The notes below the pieces were generated by a model that was not told the DNA's origin, did no database searches, and saw only the letters and a program-made list of their open reading frames with translations. Of a stretch of DNA of 64,000 bases, positions 24,916 through 39,632 are shown one piece after another (positions within the stretch are counted from its first letter, which is position 1; each line of letters starts with the position of its first letter). The stretch is taken from contig NC_086108.1 in the NCBI RefSeq assembly GCF_963921235.1, positions 89,468,001-89,532,000 on the forward strand, read 5' to 3'. This DNA is from Mobula hypostoma. Lineage: Eukaryota. A program made the translations under genes and the position numbers.

Positions 24916-27900
24916 TACTTTGATAATAAATTTACTTTGGAACTTGTTTGGAACACTAAACTCTGGTTTTGCCAGATCCTAGGTGTATTCTGACCCACTG
25001 GCCATCAGTATCTCAGCTGCACTGTAGTTCATGTGAAATATGAGAATTACCTTTTCATCTTTTCCAATCTATTAAGTTGCCCTTTCTGCCAACCTGTTTG
25101 AGGCTGTTTGACATGAAGGTCTGCACCCTCTCTGAACTCCCAGTGTTCAACTGATTCCATTATCCATCACAAGCATTACTGTACAGCCAAGATAATAGAA
25201 CAAGGAACACAGAACACTGCAGCAAAATGCAGACCCTTCTGCCCACAATGTCATGCCAACTTTTTAACCTACTTTTGTCACAGTCCTGACTGAAGAGCAG
25301 CAGGCATCCATGTTATGGCGTTCCAATTCCCGGAGTGTGGACAGTTCTTCTGTCGCTTTAAGAATCAAATTACCAATTATTGCTAGCCACGTTCCTTCAT
25401 GAAAGGTCTGTACTTGAAGGCCTCGTGCTGAGCACTCAGTGCTCAATTGCAATAGTTCTCATACCACTGTTTGTGATTCTGCTTTTGAATTTTGTATGTG
25501 TTGTCTTCTTTATTTTGAGTAGAGTTAATTCTAGACTTAACTCTGAATCTGGATTCATCATCATCCATAGCTCTCTAGTTACAGCTCTAAGATCAATCTA
25601 ACCCATCCTTCCTACAAAGTCCTCCATTTGTTTTAGATTCATTTGCCTATCCAAGAGTTTCTTAAATGCTCCATATGTACCTGCCTCTATCATTACCCCC
25701 TGGCTGGGCGCTCACCACACTCTCTGAGTAAAACACTTACCTCTTGCATTTCCCACCCCCCTCCACTTTCCTTCAATCACCTCAAAATTATGCTCTCTGT
25801 TAATCACCATTTCCTACCTGGGAAAACATCTTTGGCTATTTTCAGCTTTGAAATGATTCCTGAGACGTAAAAGCATCGATAGGAATGTTTCTATCCACCT
25901 GAAGGCTTCATTTACTTGGTTGTTTTTTTCAATAAATGGACCTGTAAAATCCATATGTTCCTGCATCTGTTTGTTGAACCAGGGCTCAGGACTGAAAGGA
26001 GTTTGTCAGTGATGGAGCAGGAACTTAATCAATGCCTAGACAGCGAAAAGGACATATTCCCACAGAGATGCCAGTTGCCAAAGGTTACGGACTTGTTAAT
26101 TGCTAATAGGATTAGATAGGAAACTGAAAGTAAGCAAAAATCACTCTTGAGGATAAGAGTTTGCGACTCTTTTCTTGAAAGGATGGAGCAGAATTTGGGA
26201 AGTGGGGTTAACCTGGAGTACTTTATTGATTGGCATAATCATAACGAACTGTATGCCCTCCCTCTGTGTTGTAAATATCTCTGATTCTGTAATAATCTCC
26301 TAACTTTGTCATAGTAGGTGGCGGACCCACTAACCCAAGCTACTGAATTCCACTGAAGGAGTTACAGTGTGTGCTCGTGCAGCGTTCACCAACACAGCCT
26401 CTTATTATGAAAAGCTATTCTTCAAGTGTGAAATCAGAACTGCAGCTGACAATGACCTGAAAGCAAATACACACTTTGTGAATAGAACGGAGGGAAATGA
26501 CATCTGGATAGAACTGGGATTAATTGACTGGAGCTGATCAGGATTAATCCCTTTGTGTCAGATTTAATAACCTGCTCCTAAAGCAGGACTCATAGATTCA
26601 CAGAGAGGAACTGCAAGAAACAGGCTCTCCAGCCCATTTAGTCCATGCCAAAAAAACGCTTAAACTACCTACTCCCAACAGCCTGCCCCTGGACCATAGC
26701 CATCCATATCCCTACTATCCATGTACCTATCCATACTTCTCTTAAACATTAAATCATGCAGCTCATTCCACACTCTCACAACCCTCTGAGTGAAGAAGTT
26801 TCCCCTCCTGTTCCCCTTAAACTTCTTACCTTTCAGGATTCATTGGTTCACCCTTAACCCAAGAACCCTGGTTGTAGTCCCACACAACCTGAGTGGAAAA
26901 GGATGTTTGCATTTACCCTATCTATACCCCTCATAATTATAATTTAAGGTCTGTAAAAATCTAAGATGATAGTGACTGGCCAGCAGGAATAATCAGCCTA
27001 TAGTTGTCCTCAGTTTTTAACATCACCCTTACATGCTATCAACTCACTACTCAGCCTCACAAATTTAATTTAAGAAAGAAGTTTTACAGCAGAGGCAGAT
27101 GGAGGATTCCCCTAATCACTTCAGAATGGAGGGGAGGAGATAAAGTTAATGAGAAGAAGTTAAATACTGCAAGCTCTTCAAATATCAATTACATTTCTTT
27201 GATTATTCATTCCATTTTGTTCTTTTAATGTAATATCTTTTCCCAACCCATTCACACATCTGTATACACATATAATCCTATGCAATTCATTTAATTGCTC
27301 ACTGACCACAGGGGAGCCCAGTTTGGCCATTTCTCATTTTAAAATTCTCATCCTTACAATTAATTCCTCTGTAGCACATACCTTTCTGATCTCTGCAGCC
27401 TCCTCCTGAACTACTGAAAACTCCATTTGTGGTGCTTTCTAAATCCCTGATTTTGTTTTTATTATTTCACTATTGCCCTGTAAGCTGTCTTAGCTCTGAG
27501 CTCACTTAAATCCACCTCTTTGCCCCCACCTCCTCCTTTAAGAATAATATTAAACCTTGCATTCCCACTTTTCCTAAGATGTGGACCCGTGTTAAATTGC
27601 GTTTAATTGCCTCTATCTGAAATGTACGCGTATATAGAAATACGTAAATGCAGTTTATTGCATTTTGCTGATGCGTTGTCTCACTCTAATAATAAAGGAA
27701 GCCACTCTGGTGATACATAACAGCCACCACGCTTGAAGTGAGCAAGATTGATTTTGACTGCGGTTGAGAAGACGCATAAAAGGTGATTGTAACTTTCATC
27801 ATCACTAACATTATGAAAATGCTCCTATTGTTAGCCTGACATTGATCACTGTTGTCAAACCTCAGTAAACAGTAGTGGTCAAATTAATTAATAAAACAAC

Positions 27901-27977
27901 TACCATCCTTCTGAGTTATAATTCCATTACATGTTATGCATTTGCAATATTGCAATAAAATATAATATTCATCAATG

Positions 27978-29620
27978 TCAAAGTCAAGTTTATTGTCATC
28001 TGTACAGTACATATATGCACAGATGCAATGAAAAATTTGCAGCAGCATCACAGACACAAGATCATATAAGCAGCATTCACAACAAAAACATAAATTAAGC
28101 ACCAATTATACTGGACAACAATTTTCTTTTCAAATGTGTTGCTTCCTTTGATTTTTTTTTGGTTATGATAGACCACTTGAAGCTGAACACAAATATAACT
28201 TCAGATCCCTTGCATCATGTAGGAATTGGGAGAAACAAGAAATTGACTTTTATTGAATATAATGTATTTGACTGCATAATGGTGCTGATGCTTTGCAATA
28301 GTTTAACTAAGGTAAGAATGTTTTGTTGATGATTTTCCATTGTACTCAGTGTCTAAGGCTTCTCGGTTAAACGTCCATCAATAATCAGCCAGCATTGATG
28401 GATTCCAGTTGCCCTGATACCGTTTCTCCAAGACTACAATGTCCCGGTGAAATCTTTGAACATGCTCATCACTGACAGCTCCAAGATTTGCAGGGAAGAA
28501 TTCTAAATGGGAATGCAGAAAATGAATCTTTAGTGACATGTTGCACTTCATGGTTTTGTATGCTTGAAGCATGTTGTCAACCAGCTGCATGTAGTTTTGT
28601 GATCTGTATTTACCAAGAAAATTTTTAACAACTTCCTTGAATGTCTTCCACGCCATTTTCTCTGGTCCCACTAGAAGTTCTTCAAATTGCCAGATGTTAA
28701 TGACCTGTTGACTTGTGGGCCAACAAAAATGCCTTCCTTAATCTTGGCATCAGTTATACTGACCAGAAATATGAACTGAAATAACAAATACAGGCAATTT
28801 TCTAAAAATGGTGTGTGATAGGGAAATTTCATGATGATTTTCGTGATCAGCAGGCTGAAATCCATAAAATACACACAAAAGTATTCCGGAAGCAAATCGT
28901 TGTTGTCCAGTGTTATGCACAACTTTTCAAAGAAAACACAATTCGAATAAAAGAAACAAAGTTCATTTTTGCACAATGTGGTCAAAGCAGTCATAGGGTT
29001 AATAAGCCATAGTGATTAGGGTTTTTCTAAATGGTGCAAGAACCCAATGGCTCAAGGAACGTAGATATTCTTGAAACTGGTGGTGTGGAAGTTCAGGCTT
29101 CTGCCCCTCCATCCAAATGGCGTGGCCTTGATGGTAGGAATCTTTGATAATAAATGTTGCTTTTTGAGACAGTCCCTCCTGTAGATACTTTCGATGGTGG
29201 GATGGGATGTGTGCATGATATATAGGGCAGAGTCCACTGCTGTCTGCAGCTTCTTACTTTCCTGTGCATTCAAATTGTCGTACCAGATTATGATGTAATC
29301 ATGACATCTGTAGAAATTTATTAGAGTGGTCGACAATGAACTGAACATCTTTAACTCCAAAGAAAATAAAGACACTGGTGTGTTTTCCTTCTCATTACAT
29401 CTACAGTATATGCTGGGTTAGGACGGTCATATGATATGTGATTACACAGAACTTTAAAGCTGCTGACTCTCCCCACCAGCAATCCACCAATGTAGATTGA
29501 TGCATATTTATTCTTCTTCCACTTCCTGAAGACTATGAGCAGCTCTAGTTTTGCTGAGTGAGAAGTTGTTTTCGCAACATCATTCAACCATGCGACCTAT
29601 CTCACCAACTCCTCACTCAT
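27978..29620 (-). mobile_element. Degenerate Rex1/Babar-type 3' fragment, host of the Chapaev3 insertion
   Basis: LINFYRC, IIIWYDN.NAQESKKLQ..VDSA; tail GACAATAAACTTGACTTTGAC. Confidence 0.78.
28109..28912. mobile_element. Non-autonomous Chapaev3-like (CMC superfamily) DNA transposon, 804 bp; transposase C-terminal remnant on the minus strand (about 28320-28760)
   Basis: 13-bp TIRs TACTGGACAACAA / TTGTTGTCCAGTG (one mismatch); TTA TSD at 28106-28108 and 28913-28915; KIKEGIFVGPQ...MSLKIHFLHSHLEFFPANLGAVSDEH..RFH.DI...EKRYQG. Confidence 0.8.
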
Positions 29621-32600
29621 AATGCTTTATCATTCCTTATGCTGAAGGAACTAGTGAAGATGGAAAAAAAACTTTGAAAATATATTAAAACTTCCTTTTA
29701 AGCTAGAACCACAATTTGTGTTGCCGTTATTTTAAAAATTCATGTTCAATCGATATCAAATGTTTAAAAATATAGGCATCAGCGAGATGAAAGGGGATGT
29801 CATCTTCAGACCAAATGGGATTGTAGAGGCTATGATACAGGTACTTACAATCATGAAAGATAATGTGAGAGAACAGGACTGTTTATCTATATATTTTCCA
29901 GTTGTATCCTTAACCACTGCTCCCTCTAAGCTGCACAGGTGACTAAAATGCTTCCGCGCACTTGCCTTCGTTGCCAAGCAGATGGAAATAGGCACAGCTA
30001 GAAAATGTTTACAAAACATGAAAGATTGTCTTTGTTGTTCTGTATTTAATTATACCCTTCAATCAATAAATAAAATCAAAAGGATGTGATTTTTCACTTT
30101 TCATTCTAAATATTCATAGTATGCATACTACAAAAAAAATTAAAGTGCCATGCAATTTTCAGTCTGTATAAAAAATTCCTGTTCAGAGCAATAGTTGGTC
30201 CATGCAGCTGTAATAAAAATAGAGGGAATGTTGCCCTTAACTTAATTTTTTCTTGCTTCATTCCTATATCTGCTGGACATTTCCTACCAGGTTGACCTGG
30301 TCTTAAATGTACCTTTATTTGTTTTCTCTCTCCCTAACCTACTAATCAGATGGCTTTATCATTTTTGAATCATGGCACCCCAAGCCTCACTCTATCAGAG
30401 TTATTATCTTTGGGCTATTCCTCCGCACCCCCTACAATACATAAAACTAACTAATTTTCCCTCTTTTTCTAGCCCTTCAACCTGAAACATTACCCCTGAT
30501 TCTCCTTCCACAGATACTACATGATCTGCTCAGTGTTTCCAGCACTTTCATTTTAATATCCAGTATCTAGATTTTCTTTTTTGGATTTTCTTAGGTACTG
30601 AGGAACTGTTGCCGCTGGTTGAATACTCGAGATCAGGGAATATGGTGTGAAGGTGATTTACAAAAGAACTAAGTTTCTTGCGCAGTGAATGGGTCAGCTC
30701 TGGAATGTATTCCCAGAGTGACAATGGAGGACAATTCAATTGGAACAGTCTAAAAAGAGCTGGATGAAAGGAAGATACTGATAGGAAAGAAGCTTCAAAG
30801 AGCAGGTTCGTGATGTGGGACTAGTTGGATTGCTCTTGTATCGAGTCAGTATGGACTTGACACATTCTATATTGTAAGTGTTCTTAAATTTCAGAATCAG
30901 AATCAGGTCTACAATCACTGACATATGTTGTGAAATATGCTGTTCTGTAGCAACTGTATGGTGCAATGCATAATAATTACTATAAGATAATAATACATAA
31001 AAGGGTAAATAGATAGTGCAAGAAGAGTTTTTGTGTGACTGTATTTGTGCTTGCAATTTTGAATGTGCTGTGTATGTGCTCCTTGGCCCCAGAGGAACAC
31101 TGTATCATTCAGCTGTATTCATGTATAGTTGAATGATAATTAAACTTGAATTTGAAAACTGTCTCGGACCAAAATGTTGACTGCTTATCCATTTTTATCC
31201 ATGCTGCCTAACCTGCTGAATTCCTCCAGGATTTTGTGTGCGTTGCAAAATAATGAGATGGTGTTCATGGGTTCATGGACTGCTCAGACGCCTGATGGTG
31301 GAGGCGAAGAAGATGTTCCGAAAACACTGAGCGTGCGTCTTCAGGATCCTGTACCCCCTCCCTGAATGGTGAGGGTCCTTCATGATGGGTGCTGCCATCT
31401 TGAGACATCACCTTTTGAAGACGGTGAGACTACAACCCTCTGCAGCTTCCTCTGATCCTGTGATCAGCGCCTCCATTTCATATAGTGATGAAACCAGTCA
31501 GAACTATGTGTTAGAATGTGGACATATTTTTTGAATGAGAAAATGTACCTTAAAACATAGAAGGTTTCTACAGTATATGATCACGTCCCTTTTTGAATGC
31601 TGACTAAAATGTCTATGCCTTTTCTGATCTTTGGATATTCAATCCAGATTAAATACCCTGTTTTAGATATTTAATCCAAAGGTTGTTGCATTCCTTTTTA
31701 AGTAATTAAAATCAGTCTTTCCTTAATTTAAGGGACAGGAATAAGACAGAAACACTGAATGGTTATTATTTCTTCCAAAATTATAGCTGAATCAAAATAG
31801 ACCTGATCAGGAATAACACTTGCTCTACTTTCAACTGAATTTTTTTTCCATCCGTTTGCATTTTGTTTTCCAGTATCTCTTAGTGACACCATGGCAACAA
31901 CACTGACATCCTTGTTTCAAGTTCCACTTTTACATCACACTCTTTCATATCATGATGAATATGCAATGGGGGGATCTGAAATCAGAAATATATTTCTCTA
32001 TAATCAGATTTAACCTGAGGTGCAAATCTTGGGGTTAGGAACACAAGTAGGGTCCTGAACTATTCAGTATCTGAATCATTAGCTGTGAGTGACTTTAAAC
32101 CCTAGGGCTTCATTTATGCACTCTGATTCCAAGTCTGATGCTCTGATACCACTGTCAATGTGTGAGAATCATGTTGGTGGGAGGTATCAGACCCTTCCAG
32201 CAACCTGATGTGATAAGAAAAGGACTTGGCAATGGCAGTGTAGAGGGTTGTAATTTGGAGAGGAGAGCCAAGTGGTAATCCCAGGGCAGGTGAAGTCCAA
32301 GGAGCCACTGAAAATAGTATTGCAAATACTTAATAACAATCATTGAGTCATAGAGAGATACATTGCACAAACAGGCCCTTCAGCCCTCTAAGTCCATCCT
32401 GACCACTTATTTACACTAATACTATATTATTTTTATTCTCACCTCACACATTCATATTCTGCCCCCATTCCAAAACTCATTATTGACTGCACCTTTGACT
32501 AACCCACACACCTTTAGGTTGTAGAAGGATACCAGTAGACGGGGAAGAAACCCACAGAAATTGTGTGAGCTCCACATATGCCGCACTGAAGTCCATATTG

Positions 32601-33779
32601 AATTCTCTCACACTGTGAGGCAGCAGCTTTGCCAGATGCATGACCGTGTTGCTCAAAAGTATTTCAGAACTTTAGGGAGTACAACAGCGAGCACTTCTGT
32701 TGACATTGTGCTCATCAGTGTCAATGACTGATGATGGGTCCAACTGTGAGCGATTCTTATCCAGATCCACTGTTGAAATGGAGTGCACACACTGAAGGCA
32801 TCATTGGAACTGGCTTGGGCAAATGAGTTTTTGCTGTATGCTTAAGATTTCCTTTGTCTCAATTGTTTTTGTACCTTTTGTAGAAGTTGGATGGTTGATG
32901 ATAAACGAAATATCAAGAATGAACCTGCACTGGACACCACCCATGAGATGCCCCATCAGAGCTCAAAATCAAAGCATTCTTCCTGAGCACCTTTCCAGCA
33001 GGAGAGGTGGCTAATGCTCAGAATTTGAAATGTAGTTACTGTTGCTACGAAGACAAATGTGGGCATAAAATGGAATTATTTTCATCCTACTCACTGTATA
33101 ACAAACCAACCGCTTTTCTGCTGCACAGTCTCACAGTGCCTGGCAGGTTATTTAAAATACAAGATGAGCATTTGCAGTGCTCAAGTTGCAATATTTCATG
33201 CTTCCAGTTGGTACAGGATGGAAGCGGCAAGGCCTAGAGATGGGCTGCCGAATGGAACTGTTCTGATCCATCAGTTCAGTAAAGAGCCAATTGCACGGTT
33301 GTACTATCTCCTGCCACGATTTCGGTTATGAAATATGGCCGTTCAGTTCATTCATTCACAGGATATGAGAAACACAGGAAAACCAAGCAGTTAATATCTT
33401 TTATTTTTTTATTTAGGGAAACAGCGTGGAATAGTCCCTGCCGGCACTTCGAGCCATGCTGCCCATTTAACCCTAACCTAATCATGGGGCAATTTACAAT
33501 GACCAATTAACCTACTAATCTGCATGCCTTTGGACAGTGGGAGGAAACCAGAGCACTTGGAAAAAACCCATGCATCCGCAGGGAGGTCTTACAAACTCCT
33601 TACAGAGGATGCTGGGATTGAAATCTGAACTCGTTCCACCCGAGTTGTGGTAGCAGCACACTAACTGCTATGCTACTATGGTGCCCAAATACGCATATCT
33701 ATGCCAGTAACCTGACCATGACTTCAGATAAGGCTTGGGTTATAGCAGGGCTTGGAACAATCACTAACTCATTCCATTA

Positions 33780-34572
33780 TAAACACAAGAGATTTGCAGA
33801 TGCTGGTACACCAACCAAATGCTGGAGGAACTCTAACTTCTGGTAATTTCTCCCCCTCCTCCTTCCCTCTTCTTCCATTTCACTCTGGTTCCCCTCTTAC
33901 CACTTCCCTTCTCATCTGCCCATCTCCTCCCCTTGGTGCCCCTCCTCCTTCCCTTCCCCCGTGATCCACTTTCCTCTCCTAGCAGATCCCTTCTTCTTCA
34001 GCTCTTTAGATTTTCCATCTATCACCTCCCAGTTTCTCACTTTAGTCCCTTCTCCCCCACATACCTTTCCTATCACTTTCCAGCTTGTATTCCTTTCCCC
34101 TACCCCACTTTCCTATCCTGGCTTCTTCTCCCTTCCTTTCCAGAGGAGACACCGAGGTGGTGTTGGAGAGAGCAGAGGCCTCTATGAGCACGCTGTAATC
34201 CATTCTGGGTTGGGGGCTGGCTCTTCCATTGGTGCTGCCCTCCAGTGTTTGCACAAAGAACAAGCTAGACCAAAAACAACATCTCATGCGCCATCAATCT
34301 ACGGGTCATGCCACTCAGGGACTTACTCTATATATATTTTTTGTGACTGTATATTTCCAGCTATCTTAACTATATCTGTTATATGCTGTATGCTGTTGCA
34401 CTGAGGCCCTGAAGGAACGCTACTTTGCTTGGCTATATCCAAGTATTGTTAAATGATATGTAAACTTAACCTTGACCTTGATGAAGAGCCTAGGCCGATA
34501 CATTGACTGTTTATTCCTTTTCATACTCAGCTACTTGACTTGCCGAGTTCCTCCAGCATTTTGTATGTGTAA
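33780..34572 (+). mobile_element. Decayed Penelope-like terminus with a short inverted arm, interrupted by another retroposon tail at about 34145-34480
   Basis: GATTTGCAGATGCTGG...AATGCTGGAGGAACTC at left and GAGTTCCTCCAGCATTTT at right; C/T-rich body. Confidence 0.65.
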
Positions 34573-34984
34573 ACCATTTTACTATTGTGTTTACAACTTC
34601 TTTTTGTGGTATCATAACAACTGTCTGCAAGCGCAATTATGAGTGAATTTTCATCTATTCCCCCTTCTGAACAGAACTATGATGATCAATATTGGTGCAC
34701 TGTTGCGAAGCCCAAAGTGAATTAGACTTACTGATACTATCCATGGAGTGATTTGGACAACAGCATCTACTTTTCTAATTATCATTTGCTGTTCTCCACC
34801 TTTGCACCAAAAGGCTACCTCTTAAACTCATTAACTGAATCCTTCAGTATGTCTGTTGCTAAGGAAGTGAAACACAGGGCACTTTGCCTGCCTGTTTATA
34901 ATACTCCATCCCGGCATTGAAAACTCAGTTTCATTGCATTACCCTTATGCAATCAGACCATTTATTTCATTCTTGACATATTCT

Positions 34985-35290
34985 CCCTATTGCAAAGTAT
35001 TATATAAGCCGTGATTGCACCAGAGAGGGCGTAAAGGAGATTTATGAGGATGTTTCCAGGGCTGGCAAATTGCAGCTTTGAAGAAAGATTGGATAGGTTA
35101 GAGTTATTTTCTTTGGAACAGAGGAGAATGGGGAGATATTTAATCAAGGTGCATTAAATTATAATGACCTAAGTAGAATAAGAGGTAAGGACCTCGTTCT
35201 CTTAGCAGAGGTGCAAAAAAGCCAGAGCATATATTTAAAGGAAATGTTGCCCAAGGGATTGTAGGTATCTGGAACTAATTGCCTGAGATT
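34985..35290 (+). mobile_element. Old CR1 3' fragment
   Basis: Degenerate ER..RRFMRMFPGL...EERLDRLELFSLEQRRM. Confidence 0.7.
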
Positions 35291-35679
35291 GTAAGGGAAG
35301 AAATCCTCAACACAATCCAAAGTTTATCAATACTATCTAGAGTATCGTCAGATTCAATGTAAGAAGATGTCTGGGTGAGGACTTTATCTGGACCATCAGA
35401 ATAGAGAGGAGTAACATTAATAAACAGACTAACAGATAAACAATGGAAATACTTAAATCTGAGTTTGTAGCATATTGCTACAGAGAGGTAGGAAGCGTAT
35501 CAAGCAATAGGTAAATAGATTAAAGTGTAATTGAAACTGAGAAGGGAGGCAGATGATAAAATTAAGAAGCACCAATATTAAAGAAAATCATTATAAATAT
35601 GAAAACTGTAGCAAAGGAGTAAACAAAAAGATTGGTGTGGGTTAAAAAGATTAGAAACTAATCTAAATAATTCTAAGGC

Positions 35680-36143
35680 TTACATAAAATGCTGGAGAAA
35701 CTCAATAGGAATGGCACCATCTATGGAGGGGAATAAAGAGTCGATGTTTTGGGCCGAGACCCTCCATCAGGAATGGAAAGGAAGGGGTAAAAAGCCAGAA
35801 TAAGAAGATGGGGGGAGGGGTTGGAGTATAAACTGGTAGATGATGGGAGAAGTCAGATGAGGGGGAAGGTGGGGAATGAAGTGAGAAGTCTTGAGGTGGT
35901 AGATGGAAAAGGCAAAGAGCTCAAGAAGAAGGAATCTGATAGGAAAGGAGAGAGGACTGTGGGAGAAAGAGAAGGAGGAATGATACCGGAGGGAGTTGAT
36001 AAGCAATGAGGAGAAGAGGAGGGGGAAGACTGGAGTGAGAATGTATCCTCTTTAATTCTCTCCATAGATGGTGCCTTACCTGCTGAGTGCATTCAGCATT
36101 TTGTGTGTGATTTCCAGCATACTCGGAATCTCACATGTTAACA
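35680..36143 (-). mobile_element. Penelope-like fold-back insertion
   Basis: Inverted termini; decayed hammerhead at about 35738-35772; 11-bp TSD AATTCTAAGGC at 35669-35679 and 36144-36154. Confidence 0.82.
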
Positions 36144-37139
36144 AATTCTAAGGCCTTTTATAATCAGATAAAAGTATTTCCATGGTTTTAATTTTTTTTT
36201 AATTTTGTTTCAAATTTATAGCATTTGCAATTTGTTTTGATTTTCATAAGCCCACTCAGCAATGATGGTTGCATCTACGTGTGTAGATCCTATTTGATGC
36301 TGATATGAACTAAATATTGTACTGCAATTTTTAAACAGTGTACTGCTGAAACAAAGTGACAATACATTTTTTCTGCCCTGTTGATGATTAGTAGCTTACT
36401 AGTAGGTGAGAACAAATTATGCCAGAGAATTTGATTGTCCAGATTCAGATTCCCACCTTTTGCAACTTTTCTGTTTTCTGGCAAACCCTGACAAATTATT
36501 AAAATGAAATTCAGTTCAAGGAAATAAATTCTCCAACATAATTTATAATCATTAAACTGAGAGCATAGAGAGCACCTCCACCAGGGCAGCACTTTGTATA
36601 TCTGGAGACCTGCCAACAGCAATGGAGAAAGCCATTGATTAAAAGAAAATGACTGCCACCCTCTACCTCCCTGCATCTTAAAGATTTAAAGACACAAGTT
36701 ACATTTATTATCAAAGTATGTATACAGAATACAATTCTGAGATTCATCCTCCTGAAGGTAGCCATGAAACAAAAAAAATAAAGAGACGTCATGGAGCCCA
36801 TTCAAAGAAAATATCAAACACCCAACGGCATAAAAAGAACAAATTGTGCAAATGGCAAAAAAACAGGCGAACAACACATAGAATATCAAACATCGAACTA
36901 GGAGTTAAAGGAGTATTCAGTTTAGTTCAGTTCAGTTTAGTCAGCACCATGCCACTGGCTGACTGCAAGCCACAGAGCTAATATTTGCTGAAATGCCCCA
37001 GTCCGTATCGATCGCCCCGACCAAACCACTCAAAAACAGCAAAGATGAAGAGTAAACAGAATCCAGAAACAGATGCGACATGGATCCCAAGACTCCTGCA
37101 TTTTTCTCCGACAGCACCTATCAAGAGGGAGAAGAACAG

Positions 37140-37305
37140 TGCGTACAAAATCCTGGGAGAACCCTGCAGGCCAGGCAGTATCTATGGAAAAGAGTACAGT
37201 CGACCTTTCGGGCCAAGACTCAAGATGCTGCCTAGTCTGCTGAGTTCCTCCAGTATTTTGCATGTGTTGCTTGGATTTCCAGCATCTGCAGATTTTCTCT
37301 TGTTT
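37140..37305. mobile_element. Small Penelope-terminus fold-back
   Basis: GCAGGCCAGGCAGTATCT pairs with AGATGCTGCCTAGTCTGC; left arm stops inside hammerhead stem II. Confidence 0.72.
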
Positions 37306-38834
37306 TGTGAAGAGGAAGAGAAAGACTGGTAAACCTAGGCAGAATTTGTTGAACACCTGCCCTTCCTTCACTCTTGTCTTAATCAACTTTAGCCCTCAGG
37401 TATGAATTAAGAAGAGATGAGAAACCCTACTGCCTCTCAGAAATCCCATACTCACCTTCTGAGTTGTTCTACAATTAATCTTGCACTCACACTGCTACAA
37501 CACCTAAAGTAATGCAAGAGATCCCTCGCGATAACACAGGTAGCCAACTAAATGTCCACTGCAAACATTTACAAAGGGCTTTGACTCACGAATTTTAAAG
37601 GCAGGGTCAATATGAGCACTGTGAAGATTTGGCAGCATCCTGAAGGGGGCAAGAAGAGAAAAGGACCGTCTGCAAGGTCCTAAAATGCTATTGTATCCAA
37701 AACGATCCATGGTAAGCTAACATAACGAAAAGGGGCTGCTGTCTGGAACCCACGTAACACCGTTTAATCTTCTCATTGACCAAGGACAACCAATGGTTTG
37801 GGATCTGGCTGAGGCTAACTCATGAGCCTTATTACTGTGGCTTTACTTATCATTACTGTGCCCACCAATGGAAAGCGATATAGCTTTGTTAGAAGGCCGT
37901 GAGCAAAAGATCCTTTAAACACTAAATACAATCATTTAGCTACAATTCAAACCAAGCAGTTGAAGTATGAGATGAAGTCAAAATCTCATCATTTTTTCAG
38001 GGTTCCTGTTGCAATGTTACTCAGGAACATTCCAGATATGCACTCTCCAATCAATATGTAGTAAACTGGGGGAGAACACTACTGGGACTTGGAGCACTCC
38101 TGTAATTGAATTTATACTTTCGAGGTTATTTCTCCAGGTATTTTCTCAAGTATAATGTCAGAATAAATGAATTAATACGTTCTGGATATGATCACACCAT
38201 GTATATTTAATTAAAAGGTTTCTTCTCTATTAAAATTGAATAGGCAGTGGTGGTAAATGATTCAAGAATCATTCTGCTGGATCCCCTCTCATTTATAACC
38301 AGTATCGTTTTTATTGTTATTGTAGTTGTTGAACATGCTACATGCTGGAAGTCACATGATTTGTTAATTAAATTTTGACAATTAGCGGGGCACTGTCATC
38401 ATGACCTCAATGCATTTCACACAGCAGATCCTTGGGATCCAGTGACCAATGGAAGAAACACTGCTTTCCCGTAACCAGCGAAATAAAGGATTGCACCATT
38501 GAGGGGAATTATCATTCAGTGTAATGGAGGCTTTTATTGAAAGTGTTATCAAGTGATATTTTTCAGCCATACCATTTCCACTGATTATAAACCTTAATTT
38601 CACCAGGAACTTTTGGTTCTTGAGATTATTATATTCTTGGCTCAAAACCTTTGCAACTCAGCAGACAGACAAGATGAAACTGAATTTGTGGTGAAAGACT
38701 CTGAACTTGTTATCCAGACAAAAATTGACCAAGCAGGGAATCACAAAGCCTTACAAAAATTAGAGTCAATGGAAATAAAATTTAAACACTTGAGCCGACA
38801 CAACAGAAGATGGCTGTTGCTATGGACATCCCAT

Positions 38835-39260
38835 CATGTCAACCACAACCTAACGCTGGAAGAGTTCCTCAGAGCGGTTTCCAAGGTCCAGTCTCCTTCA
38901 AATGCTTCATCAGTTAATTTTCTTCCATTATAAAGGGAGAAATGAAATGAGTTCAACTCTAACAAGACTTAAGAAGACAACGTGGGGTTGATAGTGCATC
39001 CCCCATTCACTGTTATCAACAATGGTACACCAAGGCTGCTGTGTGCACCATCCTCAGGATGCACTGCAGTAACTTGGCAAGTCATCTTTTGTCAGCAAGC
39101 AACCTTTCCTACTTTGAGGTTCAGAAGAGACATGTACATAGATATGCCACCATGTTCTAGTCCCCTGCTCCGTCGCATATATGACAGCAAGGATGATAGA
39201 ACCTGAGAAAGTGACACTTCTCAAAGACAAGTATGAATGGGAACTATGTACAGGTTTTAT
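38835..39260 (+). mobile_element. Very old LINE RT remnant; clade not assigned
   Basis: Degenerate VPQSGFQGPVSFKCFIS..SIIK ([14 protein letters not shown]) and AAVCTILRMHCSN. Confidence 0.45.
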
Positions 39261-39632
39261 CATTCATGCACACAACCTATAAATAAGAAACATGGAATTG
39301 TGTGAATTCAATGCAATACAGAGGTCCCACCTCACCCCATCCATTATCCCAATTTGAATAAAAGAAGTTTACCCTTGTTTACAAATACTGAAAATCACAA
39401 TACACATTAAGATTAAGCATTAAATTGAAGAGAGCAAGGAAAAGTAAGAAGAAGGAAAAATCCAATCAGCAACAATTCATAATTCAAATCCAATAATCAC
39501 ATTATCTTCCATTTTTTTTTCAGCGTAGAGAGGTTGATGACAGTCATGAACGATCATTTACCCGTACTTTTTCGTTGGTTATTCAAGTGTCATTTGAAAA
39601 CATGCTTGAAACAAAGTTTACTTCTTAAAATA

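Noticed and set aside
38613..38933. 106-aa ORF as a host gene
   Set aside because: No recognisable homology; overlaps a decayed LINE RT remnant in another frame
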